Shown here piece by piece: positions 11,864-20,642 of a stretch of DNA of 64,000 nt (its first letter is position 1; each line of letters begins with the position of its first letter). The notes beneath the pieces are model-generated. The model saw only the letters and a list, made by a program, of their open reading frames with translations, was not told the origin of the DNA and made no database searches. Source of the stretch: Candidatus Multivoradales bacterium (lineage in GTDB: Bacteria; Acidobacteriota; Thermoanaerobaculia; Multivoradales; J023); the NCBI GenBank assembly GCA_965248925.1, contig CBDFLE010000005.1:512001-576000 (forward strand), read 5' to 3'. Position numbers and translations under genes: made by a program.

Positions 11864-12838
11864 ATGTTGTCTGAATCCCCCGCACTTGTTGCTACCCGGC
11901 TTCCGCCAGCGGTGCGCGAGGGAGCGAAAATTGGCATTGCGGCTCTCTCCGGCATCGTCGATCCGGGGCTCTTGCGAGCTGGTATTCGAGCTCTGTGGGA
12001 GATGGGTTTTGAGCCGATCGAAGCGGAAAATCTACGTAGTCGGTCGGCGGGTATGTTTGCCGGCACCGAGGCCCAGCGCCTCGGTGCTTTTCACCGTTTG
12101 GCCGCCGATCCAGAGATCGCGGCGATCATTTTTGCCCGGGGTGGTCATGGTGTTCTGGCACTAATGCCAGCGATTGACTGGTCGCTGCTGGCCCGCACGC
12201 CTCGCTCCTATGTCGGCTATTCCGACTTGACGCCGCTGCTGGACCAGGTGGTCAGGCGGCTCGGCTTGGTGGCCTTGCATGGCCCGATGGTGGCGGCAGA
12301 CGTTGCCCGCGGTTTGCAGGCCGCTGAACAGCAGAGCTTCGTAGCGGCGTTGGCGGGGCATTTCCCCGCGGCTTGGGAACTTGGCGGTGGATTCGGCAAC
12401 CAGCCCGTCGAGGGGCGGTTGGTGGGTGGTTGTTTGAGCCTGCTGGCGGCTACCCAGGGCACTCCCTGGGCATTCGCAGCGGGGGGGGCGGTGCTTTTCT
12501 TGGAAGAGGTGGGCGAGCCGCTGTATCGTCTTGACAGAATGTTGACCCACCTGCGCCTCTCAGGTACTCTGGGTGCTATCCGTGGGATCGTCTTCGGCCA
12601 TCTGACGGCTGTGGCAAAGGCGGGCCAGATGTCGCCGTCGGCCGCCTCGCCAGTGGGTGCCGCGCCCCCTGGGATTCCACTGGCCTGGATAGCGGAACTC
12701 AGCGACAAGTTGGCGATCCCAGTCGCCTGGGGGCTTGATGCCGGACATGCGGCGCCGAATCTGACGCTACCTTTGGGGCTCACCGTGCGGCTCGATGCAG
12801 CCGGGCGCCGGCTGGCGGTAGTCACCGAAGCTATTTGA
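11864..12838 (+). CDS. LD-carboxypeptidase (peptidase S66)
   Basis: ARGGHG, GYSDLT (catalytic Ser), HGPM, FLEEVGE, GH; start uncertain. Confidence 0.88.
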   Translation: MLSESPALVATRLPPAVREGAKIGIAALSGIVDPGLLRAGIRALWEMGFEPIEAENLRSRSAGMFAGTEAQRLGAFHRLAADPEIAAIIFARGGHGVLALMPAIDWSLLARTPRSYVGYSDLTPLLDQVVRRLGLVALHGPMVAADVARGLQAAEQQSFVAALAGHFPAAWELGGGFGNQPVEGRLVGGCLSLLAATQGTPWAFAAGGAVLFLEEVGEPLYRLDRMLTHLRLSGTLGAIRGIVFGHLTAVAKAGQMSPSAASPVGAAPPGIPLAWIAELSDKLAIPVAWGLDAGHAAPNLTLPLGLTVRLDAAGRRLAVVTEAI

Positions 12839-12891
12839 AGCAAGAGCCTATTCGCTGGGACGACGGGCCGAATCAAGGGATCCAACGCAAG

Positions 12892-13677
12892 ATGGTCAAG
12901 CCGGTCTTCAAAGCACGAGGCACCAAGAACTCGCCGAGTTACTCGGCTGACTATCAGCCGGGCGAAGAGATTTTCCGCGAGGGCGACCTGGGGACGGACA
13001 TGTTCATCATCCAGGAAGGCAAAGTGGAGATTCTCAAGAGCGTTGGCGATGAAGACAAGGCCTTGGCGCTGCTGGAGAAGGGTGATTTCTTCGGCGAGAT
13101 GTCGATTCTCGAAGATTTGCCGCGGGCTGCCACCGCCGTAGCGCGCGTGCCGGTCAAGCTGCTGCAGATCAACGGCACCACTTTTGACCAAATGCTGCGC
13201 AAGAATCCGGAGATCGCGGTGCGCATGATGCGCAAGCTATCGCGCCGCCTGCGCGAGACCGATCTGCTGCTGCGCGCTGAACTGGGCGATGAGGAAGGTG
13301 GTCAGGCACCTGAGATTCCGACTCCGGAAGAGCCGGCCACTAGCTTTGGCCCGGAGAAGATGATTCACGACCCCTCGGGGATGGAGTTCTTCCTTGCCGA
13401 AGGCGACGAAACCACTGTCGGCAGACGCGATCCGGTGACCGGTATCCACCCCGGAATCGACTTGACGCCGGTCGATTCCCAGCGCTCGATCAGCCGTCGT
13501 CATTCGAAGATTTTCCGCCGTGGCGATCGCTATTTCGTACGCGAAGAAATCGGCACCATGAACGGCACTTTCGTCAACGGTGCGCGGGTCGAAACCGGTG
13601 TGCCCAGCGAATTCAAGAATGGTGACGAAGTTCGCTTCGGCCTGGTCAAGACCTTCTTCCATCAAAGCAAGGATTGA
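12892..13677 (+). CDS. Cyclic-nucleotide-binding domain plus FHA domain protein
   Basis: IFREGDLG..GDFFGEMSIL..PRAATA; C-terminal VGRRD..ISRRHSKI..NGTFVNG. Confidence 0.88.
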   Translation: MVKPVFKARGTKNSPSYSADYQPGEEIFREGDLGTDMFIIQEGKVEILKSVGDEDKALALLEKGDFFGEMSILEDLPRAATAVARVPVKLLQINGTTFDQMLRKNPEIAVRMMRKLSRRLRETDLLLRAELGDEEGGQAPEIPTPEEPATSFGPEKMIHDPSGMEFFLAEGDETTVGRRDPVTGIHPGIDLTPVDSQRSISRRHSKIFRRGDRYFVREEIGTMNGTFVNGARVETGVPSEFKNGDEVRFGLVKTFFHQSKD

Positions 13678-15770
13678 CCCCGGTTTCCGCTTCCACTCCG
13701 GCCGCTAGCCGCTGCTCGTTAGATAGTCCGCTCAGTAGCTTGTCCGGCATCGGACCTTCCCGCCAGCGGCAACTGGCGGTGGTCGGTCTGCGTACTTTGG
13801 CGGATCTGCTCGAGATTCTGCCCACCGGTTACCGCGATTTTTCTCTCTTTCTACGTCCAAGCTCAGTGGTCGAGGCCGGTGAGCAAGCGGTGCAGGGGCG
13901 GCTGGGCAAAGTACGTGTTATCCGTCGGCGAGGTCGGCGAGGAGCCATGGTACTGGCTGAACTCAGCGATGATCGTTCGACCCTCGCCCTGCTCTGGCCA
14001 GCCCAACCCTGGCAGCAGCGGCGCCTGGAAGGACTGCGCGAAGTCACTTTCTACGGCAAAGTCGAAGACACCGCACGGGGCTGGCGGATGTTGAATCCGC
14101 GGCTGCTGGATCCGTCCGAAGTGGAGCAGGCGGGGCCGCGGCCAACCTATGCCGACCTACCCGGTCTTGGTCGCACCCTGGCTGGCCGTGCTCGACAGGC
14201 CGCCTTGGAGTTGTTGGCGAGCCGCGGGCGAGAAGACTGGCTGCCAGCAAGGCTGCGGCGGCAAGAAAATCTGCCCGAGCTGGCGGCGGCTCTTTTCGCC
14301 CTGCACTGCCCCGACCCCGCGGACGACCTGCTGGCGTTGCAGCAGCAGCGCACGCCAGCCTGGCGGCGCCTGCTGTGGGGCGAACTGGTGGAGCAGCAGC
14401 TGTTTTTCTGTTGGCGCTTGCAGCGACGGCGTCGGGGTGTGAGCGGGGTCGCAGACCTCTCGCTTCCACCGCTGCCCGCCCGTTTGCAGGCCGGGTTGCC
14501 TTTCGAGTTGACCTCTTCCCAGCAGCGGGTCAGTGCCGAGATTGTGGCCGACCTGATCTCTCCCCAGCCGATGCGTCGTCTACTGACCGGCGATGTTGGC
14601 TGTGGTAAGACGGTGGTGCTAGCTCTGGCCATCGAGCAGGTTCTGCGGCGCGGTCAGCAAGCGGCGCTGATGGCGCCGACCGAACTATTGGCCGAGCAGC
14701 ACTACGATAGCTTGCGCGGATTCTTGCCGGCGGACTACAGCATCGGCCTACTCAGTAGTTCGACGGCGGACGCAGCTGCGGTGCGCCAGACGTTGGCCGC
14801 CGGCACCATGGATCTGGTGGTGGGCACCCATGCCTTGGCCCAGCCTGAGCTGCGCTTTGCTCGCTTGGGCCTAGTGGTGATCGATGAACAACATCGCTTT
14901 GGTGTCGGTCAGCGGCGGGATCTGCTTTGCAAGGGCCGAGGTGCCGATCTGTTAATCACCAGTGCCACGCCGATTCCCCGCAGCCTGGCCCTGGCCGCCT
15001 TTGGCGACTTCGATATGTCGCTGATCGACGAGCCGCCGCCGGGGCGCTTGCCGACCCGCACTGAGGTGCTGCCACTGAGCAGCAGAAAATCGGTTTATCG
15101 CCGTCTTCGTGGCCGGCTCGATAAAGGCGAGCAGGCCTTTATTGTGGTGCCGCGGATCGAACCGGGCGCTGCCGGCGTTGTTTCCCTGCGCCAGCGGGTT
15201 TCGACTCTCGGCGTATTGTTGGGCGGTTTACCGTTTGCTGAGTTGAGCGGACGCACGCCAGCGCCCCAACGACGGTTGGTTCTAGAGGCTTTTATCAGTG
15301 GCAAAATCAGAGTTCTGGTGGCAACCACGGTGCTAGAGGTTGGGGTGGACGTTGCCGCCGCCACCGTCATGATCATCGAGGGCGCGGAGCATTTCGGCCT
15401 CGCCCAGCTGCATCAGCTGCGTGGTAGGGTCGGCCGCGGTTCGCAAGCGGCCCTCTGCATCGCTCTGCATGGTCGCACCAGCGCCGCCGGTCAGCGACGG
15501 CTGCGAGCATTCGCTGAGACCGATGATGGCTTTGCTCTGGCGCAAGCAGATCTGCGGCAGCGCGGTCCGGGCGAGTTGTTGGGTCAGCGGCAGACGGGTA
15601 ATGGAGGGCGAGCGGTGGCATGGGCTCTGGCCGATCCGGAATCACTGCTGAGTGCCAGAAAAGCTGGTGTCGGTTTGTGCGCCGAGTTGGCGCACCGACG
15701 ACCGACCGTTCTGCGCCGTCGGCTGGCCGCTCGCTTGCTGGCCGAACGCCGATCTTCAAGAGGAGTTTGA
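13674..15770 (+). CDS. recG: ATP-dependent DNA helicase RecG
   Basis: GDVGCGKT, IDEQHRFG, SATPIPR, QLHQLRGRVGRG, DLRQRGPGELLG (TRG motif). Confidence 0.9.
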   Translation: MTPVSASTPAASRCSLDSPLSSLSGIGPSRQRQLAVVGLRTLADLLEILPTGYRDFSLFLRPSSVVEAGEQAVQGRLGKVRVIRRRGRRGAMVLAELSDDRSTLALLWPAQPWQQRRLEGLREVTFYGKVEDTARGWRMLNPRLLDPSEVEQAGPRPTYADLPGLGRTLAGRARQAALELLASRGREDWLPARLRRQENLPELAAALFALHCPDPADDLLALQQQRTPAWRRLLWGELVEQQLFFCWRLQRRRRGVSGVADLSLPPLPARLQAGLPFELTSSQQRVSAEIVADLISPQPMRRLLTGDVGCGKTVVLALAIEQVLRRGQQAALMAPTELLAEQHYDSLRGFLPADYSIGLLSSSTADAAAVRQTLAAGTMDLVVGTHALAQPELRFARLGLVVIDEQHRFGVGQRRDLLCKGRGADLLITSATPIPRSLALAAFGDFDMSLIDEPPPGRLPTRTEVLPLSSRKSVYRRLRGRLDKGEQAFIVVPRIEPGAAGVVSLRQRVSTLGVLLGGLPFAELSGRTPAPQRRLVLEAFISGKIRVLVATTVLEVGVDVAAATVMIIEGAEHFGLAQLHQLRGRVGRGSQAALCIALHGRTSAAGQRRLRAFAETDDGFALAQADLRQRGPGELLGQRQTGNGGRAVAWALADPESLLSARKAGVGLCAELAHRRPTVLRRRLAARLLAERRSSRGV

Positions 15771-15777
15771 ACGACCG

Positions 15778-16920
15778 ATGCGGGTGTTGTTGGTGGCCAA
15801 CACGCTGCCTCCCAAAGACATTTCCGGCGCTGGCGAGCAAGTGTTGCAGCTGGCGGTTGGGCTGCGCCAAGTAGGGCACGAAGTTGAAGTGCTGGGCCGA
15901 GGGCCGGGTGGTGCGCCTGGACCCAAGGTCTTGTTTCCCCTGACGATTCTGGCGGCTGCTTGGCGCTGCTTGCGCCGCTTTCGCCCCCATGTAGTGCAGG
16001 TCAACGAGTCCGACGCCGGCCTGGTGGCTTTGTTGGTGCGCGTTGCGCGCCCTTGGCTCAAGCCGCGACCGCGCCTGCTGGCTCTGTTGCAAGTCAGCTA
16101 TGTCGAGGAGATTCGCGCCGTGCGTCCGCTACGCCACGGTGGTCGGGTTCTCGGCCGACCGAGTGCCGTCGAGCGACGCTTCCGCCTGGGTAAAGGGCCG
16201 TTGCAAGTGATTCTGGGCTGCTTGACTGCTTGGCTGGCGGATCTCAACATGGCACCGAGCCGGCGTACCGCCGACGAAGTGGAAAAGGACTACCGGGTTC
16301 GGGGAGTGCGGGTGTTGCCCAATGTCACCGGCGGCCTGGCGGTGCCGCCAGCAACCGCCGCAGAGCATCCGCCGGGCTACCTGCTCTATGTCGGCCGTTT
16401 GCGGATTCGCAAAGGGGTTGAAGTGTTGCTCGAGGCCCTGCCAGCGGTGCGCCAGGCGGTTCCCGGCGTGCGCTTGTTGATCGCTGGTACTGGCGAACAG
16501 CTGCCGGCACTGCAGCGCAAGGTGCGCCAGCTTGGGCTCGGCCAGCAAGTCGAGTTTCTTGGCCGGCGGGATGCAGCGGGAGTGCGGGGTCTGCTCCGCG
16601 GAGCCCGCTGCCTAGTGGTTCCCTCGACATACGAGGGTATGCCGCTGGTGATTTTGGAAGCGATGTCAGAAGCCGTGCCGGTGGTCGCCAGCGCGGTCAG
16701 CGGCATCCCTGAAGTGGTGGTCGATGGTGTCACCGGCTGGGTGCTACCGGCTGAAGATCCGCCACGGCTGGCCGATGCTCTGATTCAGGCGCTGAGCGAT
16801 AGGGCCGCGGCCAAACGCCGTGGCCAAGCGGGACGGCAACGCCTCCAAGGCGAGTACACCCCGGCGCGGGCCGCCGAGATCTGGCAGCGAGCGCTGGCGT
16901 CGCTAGACGAATCTGACTGA
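15778..16920 (+). CDS. Glycosyltransferase family 4
   Basis: MRVLLVANT..SGAGE; YVGRLRIRKG; EGMPLVILEAM. Confidence 0.9.
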   Translation: MRVLLVANTLPPKDISGAGEQVLQLAVGLRQVGHEVEVLGRGPGGAPGPKVLFPLTILAAAWRCLRRFRPHVVQVNESDAGLVALLVRVARPWLKPRPRLLALLQVSYVEEIRAVRPLRHGGRVLGRPSAVERRFRLGKGPLQVILGCLTAWLADLNMAPSRRTADEVEKDYRVRGVRVLPNVTGGLAVPPATAAEHPPGYLLYVGRLRIRKGVEVLLEALPAVRQAVPGVRLLIAGTGEQLPALQRKVRQLGLGQQVEFLGRRDAAGVRGLLRGARCLVVPSTYEGMPLVILEAMSEAVPVVASAVSGIPEVVVDGVTGWVLPAEDPPRLADALIQALSDRAAAKRRGQAGRQRLQGEYTPARAAEIWQRALASLDESD

Positions 16921-16983
16921 GGAAGCTGCTATACTGCGCCGCTCTCCGACTGCTCCCGAGATCGGTCAGGAAAAGCCGACGAA

Positions 16984-17787
16984 ATGAAGCGAATTTCCGT
17001 GCCGACGACCGGCACCCTCCCAGAGTCTTGGCATGTGCACCTGCCGGTCTTCGAAGGTCCGCTGGATCTGCTGTTGCAGTTGATCCGGGTCAATAAGGTC
17101 GAGATCACCGACATTCCGGTGGCGTTGATCTGCGACCAGTACCACCAGTACCTGAATCTGATGGAGACCTTGGATCTCGATATCGCCGGCGACTATATCT
17201 ACATGGCGGCCTACCTGATCCACCTCAAGTCCAAGCTGTTGCTGCCGCGGCCCAAGGCTGATGTGGCGGGGGGCGAGCCGGAGGATCCGCGCCAACACCT
17301 AGTCGAGCGTCTGTTGGAATACCGCCGGCTGAAGGAGGCGGCGCAGACCCTGGCCGAGGTCGACGGGGTGCGTCGCGGCATGTGGGTTCGGCGCAGCGAC
17401 GAGATCCGGCGGATCACCAAGGCCGAGGTGCCGGATCTCGATCTCAGCGAGCTGTCGATGTTCGACTTGCTAAAGACCTTCAAGGGGGTTCTTGATCGCT
17501 TTGATCGCGAACACCCCGAACCGCTGCACCTGATCGGCGAGATGTATGCGGTGCGTGATCAGATCGAGCGCTTGCTGCGTCTGCTTGATGCCGCCAGACC
17601 GCACGATTTATTTGACGATTTACGGGCTTTGTCGTGTCGCCGCGAGGCGATCGCGGCCTTCTTGGCGGTTTTGGAGATGGCGAAGTTGAGCCTGCTACGG
17701 GTGCACCAGACCCGCGATGGCTCGGTGTTGCTCTACCGCACCACGCGGGAGCTTTCGGTGAGTGATTTGGAGGCGATTCAGGGATGA
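16984..17787 (+). CDS. scpA: Segregation and condensation protein A
   Basis: FEGPLDLLLQLI, MAAYLIHLKSKLLLP, FLAVLEM; extended -10 TGCTATACT at 16927. Confidence 0.95.
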   Translation: MKRISVPTTGTLPESWHVHLPVFEGPLDLLLQLIRVNKVEITDIPVALICDQYHQYLNLMETLDLDIAGDYIYMAAYLIHLKSKLLLPRPKADVAGGEPEDPRQHLVERLLEYRRLKEAAQTLAEVDGVRRGMWVRRSDEIRRITKAEVPDLDLSELSMFDLLKTFKGVLDRFDREHPEPLHLIGEMYAVRDQIERLLRLLDAARPHDLFDDLRALSCRREAIAAFLAVLEMAKLSLLRVHQTRDGSVLLYRTTRELSVSDLEAIQG

Positions 17788-18614
17788 CCGAGCGGCAGGA
17801 TATGGAGGCAGTGCTGGAGGCTATCTTGTTCGTCGCGACCGAGCCGGTATCGCCGGACAAGATGCTCGAAGTATTTGCCGAACGCGAGCGGGTGGTGGCG
17901 GCGGCGGCCTTGGAGACGGTGCTTGAGCGCTATCAGGAGCAGAGTGGCCACGGAGTGCTGATCGACCGAGCGGCCGGCGGTTTGCGGCTGGTCAGCCGGC
18001 CCGATCTGCATGGCTATCTGCGGCGCTTTTTTGAGGTTAGCGGTAGTAACAAGCTGTCGATGGCGGGGCTCGAGACTTTGGCGATCATCGCCTATCGGCA
18101 ACCGATCACCGCACCGGAGATCCAGGAGCTGCGCGGAGTCAACTCGTCCGGGGTGCTGAAAACCCTGTTGGAGCGACGGTTGATTCGCATCAGCGGCCGC
18201 AAAGAGGTGGTGGGCAAGCCATTCTTATATGCCACGACGAGAGAGTTTCTGCTGCACTTTGGCCTTGCCGGGCTGAAGGAGCTGCCGCCGTTAGATGAGT
18301 TCGAAGAGTTGTTCGGGGCTGAACTCGAGTCGGGCGAGATGGAGAATTCTGCAACGGATCACGAAGAGGAAGTGCGGCGACAGATGGACGAATTGGAAAC
18401 TAGCGAAGCAACCGCCGAGAGTGATGCCGATGATCTACGCCAGGCCGCCGCAGAAGCCGACTTGCTGATCGCTGGTGAAGTGCCCAGCGACGTTGAAGAA
18501 GTTGTCGTCATGGCAGCAGACACGGCCCAGGCGAAGGCTGAAAAATACACCGATGAGACCGCTGGCGCAGCTCAAGTCGCAGTCCCTGAGCCGGTGGTCG
18601 AGGAGGTCGGCTGA
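17784..18614 (+). CDS. scpB: SMC-Scp complex subunit ScpB (acidic C-terminal tail)
   Basis: LEAILF, LETLAIIAYRQPIT, IRG-like LRGVNS, YATTREFLLHFGL. Confidence 0.95.
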   Translation: MTERQDMEAVLEAILFVATEPVSPDKMLEVFAERERVVAAAALETVLERYQEQSGHGVLIDRAAGGLRLVSRPDLHGYLRRFFEVSGSNKLSMAGLETLAIIAYRQPITAPEIQELRGVNSSGVLKTLLERRLIRISGRKEVVGKPFLYATTREFLLHFGLAGLKELPPLDEFEELFGAELESGEMENSATDHEEEVRRQMDELETSEATAESDADDLRQAAAEADLLIAGEVPSDVEEVVVMAADTAQAKAEKYTDETAGAAQVAVPEPVVEEVG

Positions 18615-19693
18615 TGGCCGAACGAATTCAGAAGATCCTCGCGCGGGCCGGCTTGGCGTCTCGCCGTCAAGCCGAGGAGATGATTCGCGATGGCCGGGTT
18701 ACGGTCAATGGCAAAGTGGCGCGGCTCGGAGACACCGCCGAGCTCGACAAAGACGCCGTCAAGCTCGATGGCCGGCGGGTCTCCACGCCTCAAGGGCCGC
18801 ATCGTTACCTCCTGGTCAACAAGCCACGCAACGTAGTCTCCACTCTGTCGGACCCACAGGGTCGGCCGACAGTGATTGATTTGGTGCCACAGAGCTTTCG
18901 CCGCGGCTTGTTCCCGGTTGGGCGTTTGGACTTCGATTCTGAAGGGCTACTTCTGCTCACCGACGACGGTGAGTTGGCCCAGCATGTCGCTCACCCCCGG
19001 TACGGCTGCGGTAAGACCTACGAGATCAAGGTTCGGGGAGTGCCTGACGAGGCGGCGCTCGACAAGCTGCGCCACGGCATCGTCTTGGAGGGGCGTCGTA
19101 CCGCGCCGGCCGAGATCACCCGGCGTACCGGCATCCGTGGCTCTCGGGATGCCACCACCAGTACCTGGTGGCGGGTGGTGCTGCGTGAGGGGCGCACGCG
19201 GCAGCTACGGCAGATGTTCTTGCGCATTGGCTGTTCAGTGATGCGTTTGCGCCGGGTGGCGGTGGGGCCGCTGCGCGACAGGAGCCTGCGTCGGGGCGAT
19301 TGGCGGCAACTTGGCGAAGCTGAGGTAGAACTGCTGCGGCGGGTCACCGCGCGGCCCAAGCCGAGAGTCACCGCGGCGAGTCGACCGCGTCGGGCGCGCG
19401 CAGCGTCCCTCCGATCCGCCGCTCCCCGCGGCGGTTCCTCGCGGGCGGCACGCGGGACGACCACTGGGGCTTCCCGTGCTCGCTCGGCGCGCGGCACTAC
19501 CGCTGCTCGCGGCGGTACAGTTCGCGGCGGTACAGCTCGATCCGGCGGTTCGGCTCGTGGCGCCCGTGGCGGCGCTCCTCGAGCAGCTTCTCGCGGTCGT
19601 CCGCGGCGCCCCAGAGAGGGTTCGCCCCGGGGAGGCGGCGTTCGGCGGCCGCGCGGTGTGCGCCGCGGACCGCGGCGAGGAGGGGGGCGGTGA
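18614..19693 (+). CDS. rluB: 23S rRNA pseudouridine synthase (RluB/RsuA family) with Arg/Gly-rich tail
   Basis: S4 domain ERIQKILARAGLASRR; VGRLDFDSEGLLLLT; EGRTRQLR; position after scpAB. Confidence 0.88.
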   Translation: MAERIQKILARAGLASRRQAEEMIRDGRVTVNGKVARLGDTAELDKDAVKLDGRRVSTPQGPHRYLLVNKPRNVVSTLSDPQGRPTVIDLVPQSFRRGLFPVGRLDFDSEGLLLLTDDGELAQHVAHPRYGCGKTYEIKVRGVPDEAALDKLRHGIVLEGRRTAPAEITRRTGIRGSRDATTSTWWRVVLREGRTRQLRQMFLRIGCSVMRLRRVAVGPLRDRSLRRGDWRQLGEAEVELLRRVTARPKPRVTAASRPRRARAASLRSAAPRGGSSRAARGTTTGASRARSARGTTAARGGTVRGGTARSGGSARGARGGAPRAASRGRPRRPREGSPRGGGVRRPRGVRRGPRRGGGR

Positions 19694-20373
19694 GCGCTTT
19701 GGTGGTGGCGATCGATGGCCCTTCCGGGGTTGGCAAGAGCACCACGGCTCGCCGTCTGGCTGAGCGGCTGGGTGTTCCGGTGCTTGACACTGGAGCCATG
19801 TATCGCGCCGCGGCTTTGCATGTGCTGCGCAATGGGGTCTCGCCCGCTGAGCGACCGCGCGCGGTAGAGCTGGCGGTGGCGGCACCGGTCGAGGTGCGCA
19901 AGACCTCTGATGGTGCGCTCGAAGTGCTGCTCGGTGGTGAGTCAGTGGAACCCGCCATCCGCACTCCAGAGGTGGCCGATGCGACCTCTCGCTTGTCGGT
20001 GGAGGAAGCGGTGCGGCGGCGAATGGTCGAGCTGCAAAGACGTTCTGCTGAACTCGCCGGAGCGGTGGTCGAGGGACGGGACATTGGCACGGTGGTGTTT
20101 CCCGACACTCCTTATAAGTTCTTTCTCGACGCCGATCCGGAAATCCGCGCCGCTCGCCGCCACCGCCAGCTCGCCGGCTCGGCCGCCGACAAGTCGCTTC
20201 GGGTTCTGCGCAGTGAGCTTGAGGCTCGCGATGCCCGCGATCGCGAAAGGCGGTTGGCGCCGTTGCGTTGCGACCCGAGTTACCAGCGGATCGATACCTC
20301 CCGGTTCTCATTAGAAGAGGTAGTAGAGCAGATGATGCTCCGAGTCCGTGGTGGTGCTGGGCCAGCGTCTTAA
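19690..20373 (+). CDS. cmk: Cytidylate kinase
   Basis: IDGPSGVGKST, LDTGAMYRA, EGRDIGTVVFPD. Confidence 0.95.
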   Translation: MSALVVAIDGPSGVGKSTTARRLAERLGVPVLDTGAMYRAAALHVLRNGVSPAERPRAVELAVAAPVEVRKTSDGALEVLLGGESVEPAIRTPEVADATSRLSVEEAVRRRMVELQRRSAELAGAVVEGRDIGTVVFPDTPYKFFLDADPEIRAARRHRQLAGSAADKSLRVLRSELEARDARDRERRLAPLRCDPSYQRIDTSRFSLEEVVEQMMLRVRGGAGPAS

Positions 20374-20437
20374 CGGCGCTAAGGAGCGCAGAATTTCATC
20401 TTCAGCGGGGTGGTGAGAGGGATCGTGGCTGCGGCTG

Positions 20438-20466
20438 TTGACACCTCGTAAACGCACACCTATACT
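20438..20466 (+). promoter_or_regulatory. Sigma70 promoter of rpsA
   Basis: TTGACA-17 nt-TATACT, about 175 nt upstream of the rpsA ATG. Confidence 0.8.
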
Positions 20467-20642
20467 CCAACGTCCCGAGTTCTCAGGCACTTACCGACGC
20501 AACGCCGGGTCCCAAGGTGCCCGGACGAACTCGCAGATTCGGCCGTTTGCAGCGAGAGCCATCTCGGCACACGACCCCCAGGCGGGCGGCGTTCGCCCGC
20601 GAAATCGATAACTTCCGACTGCAATTCCCCAGGTCAACAACA

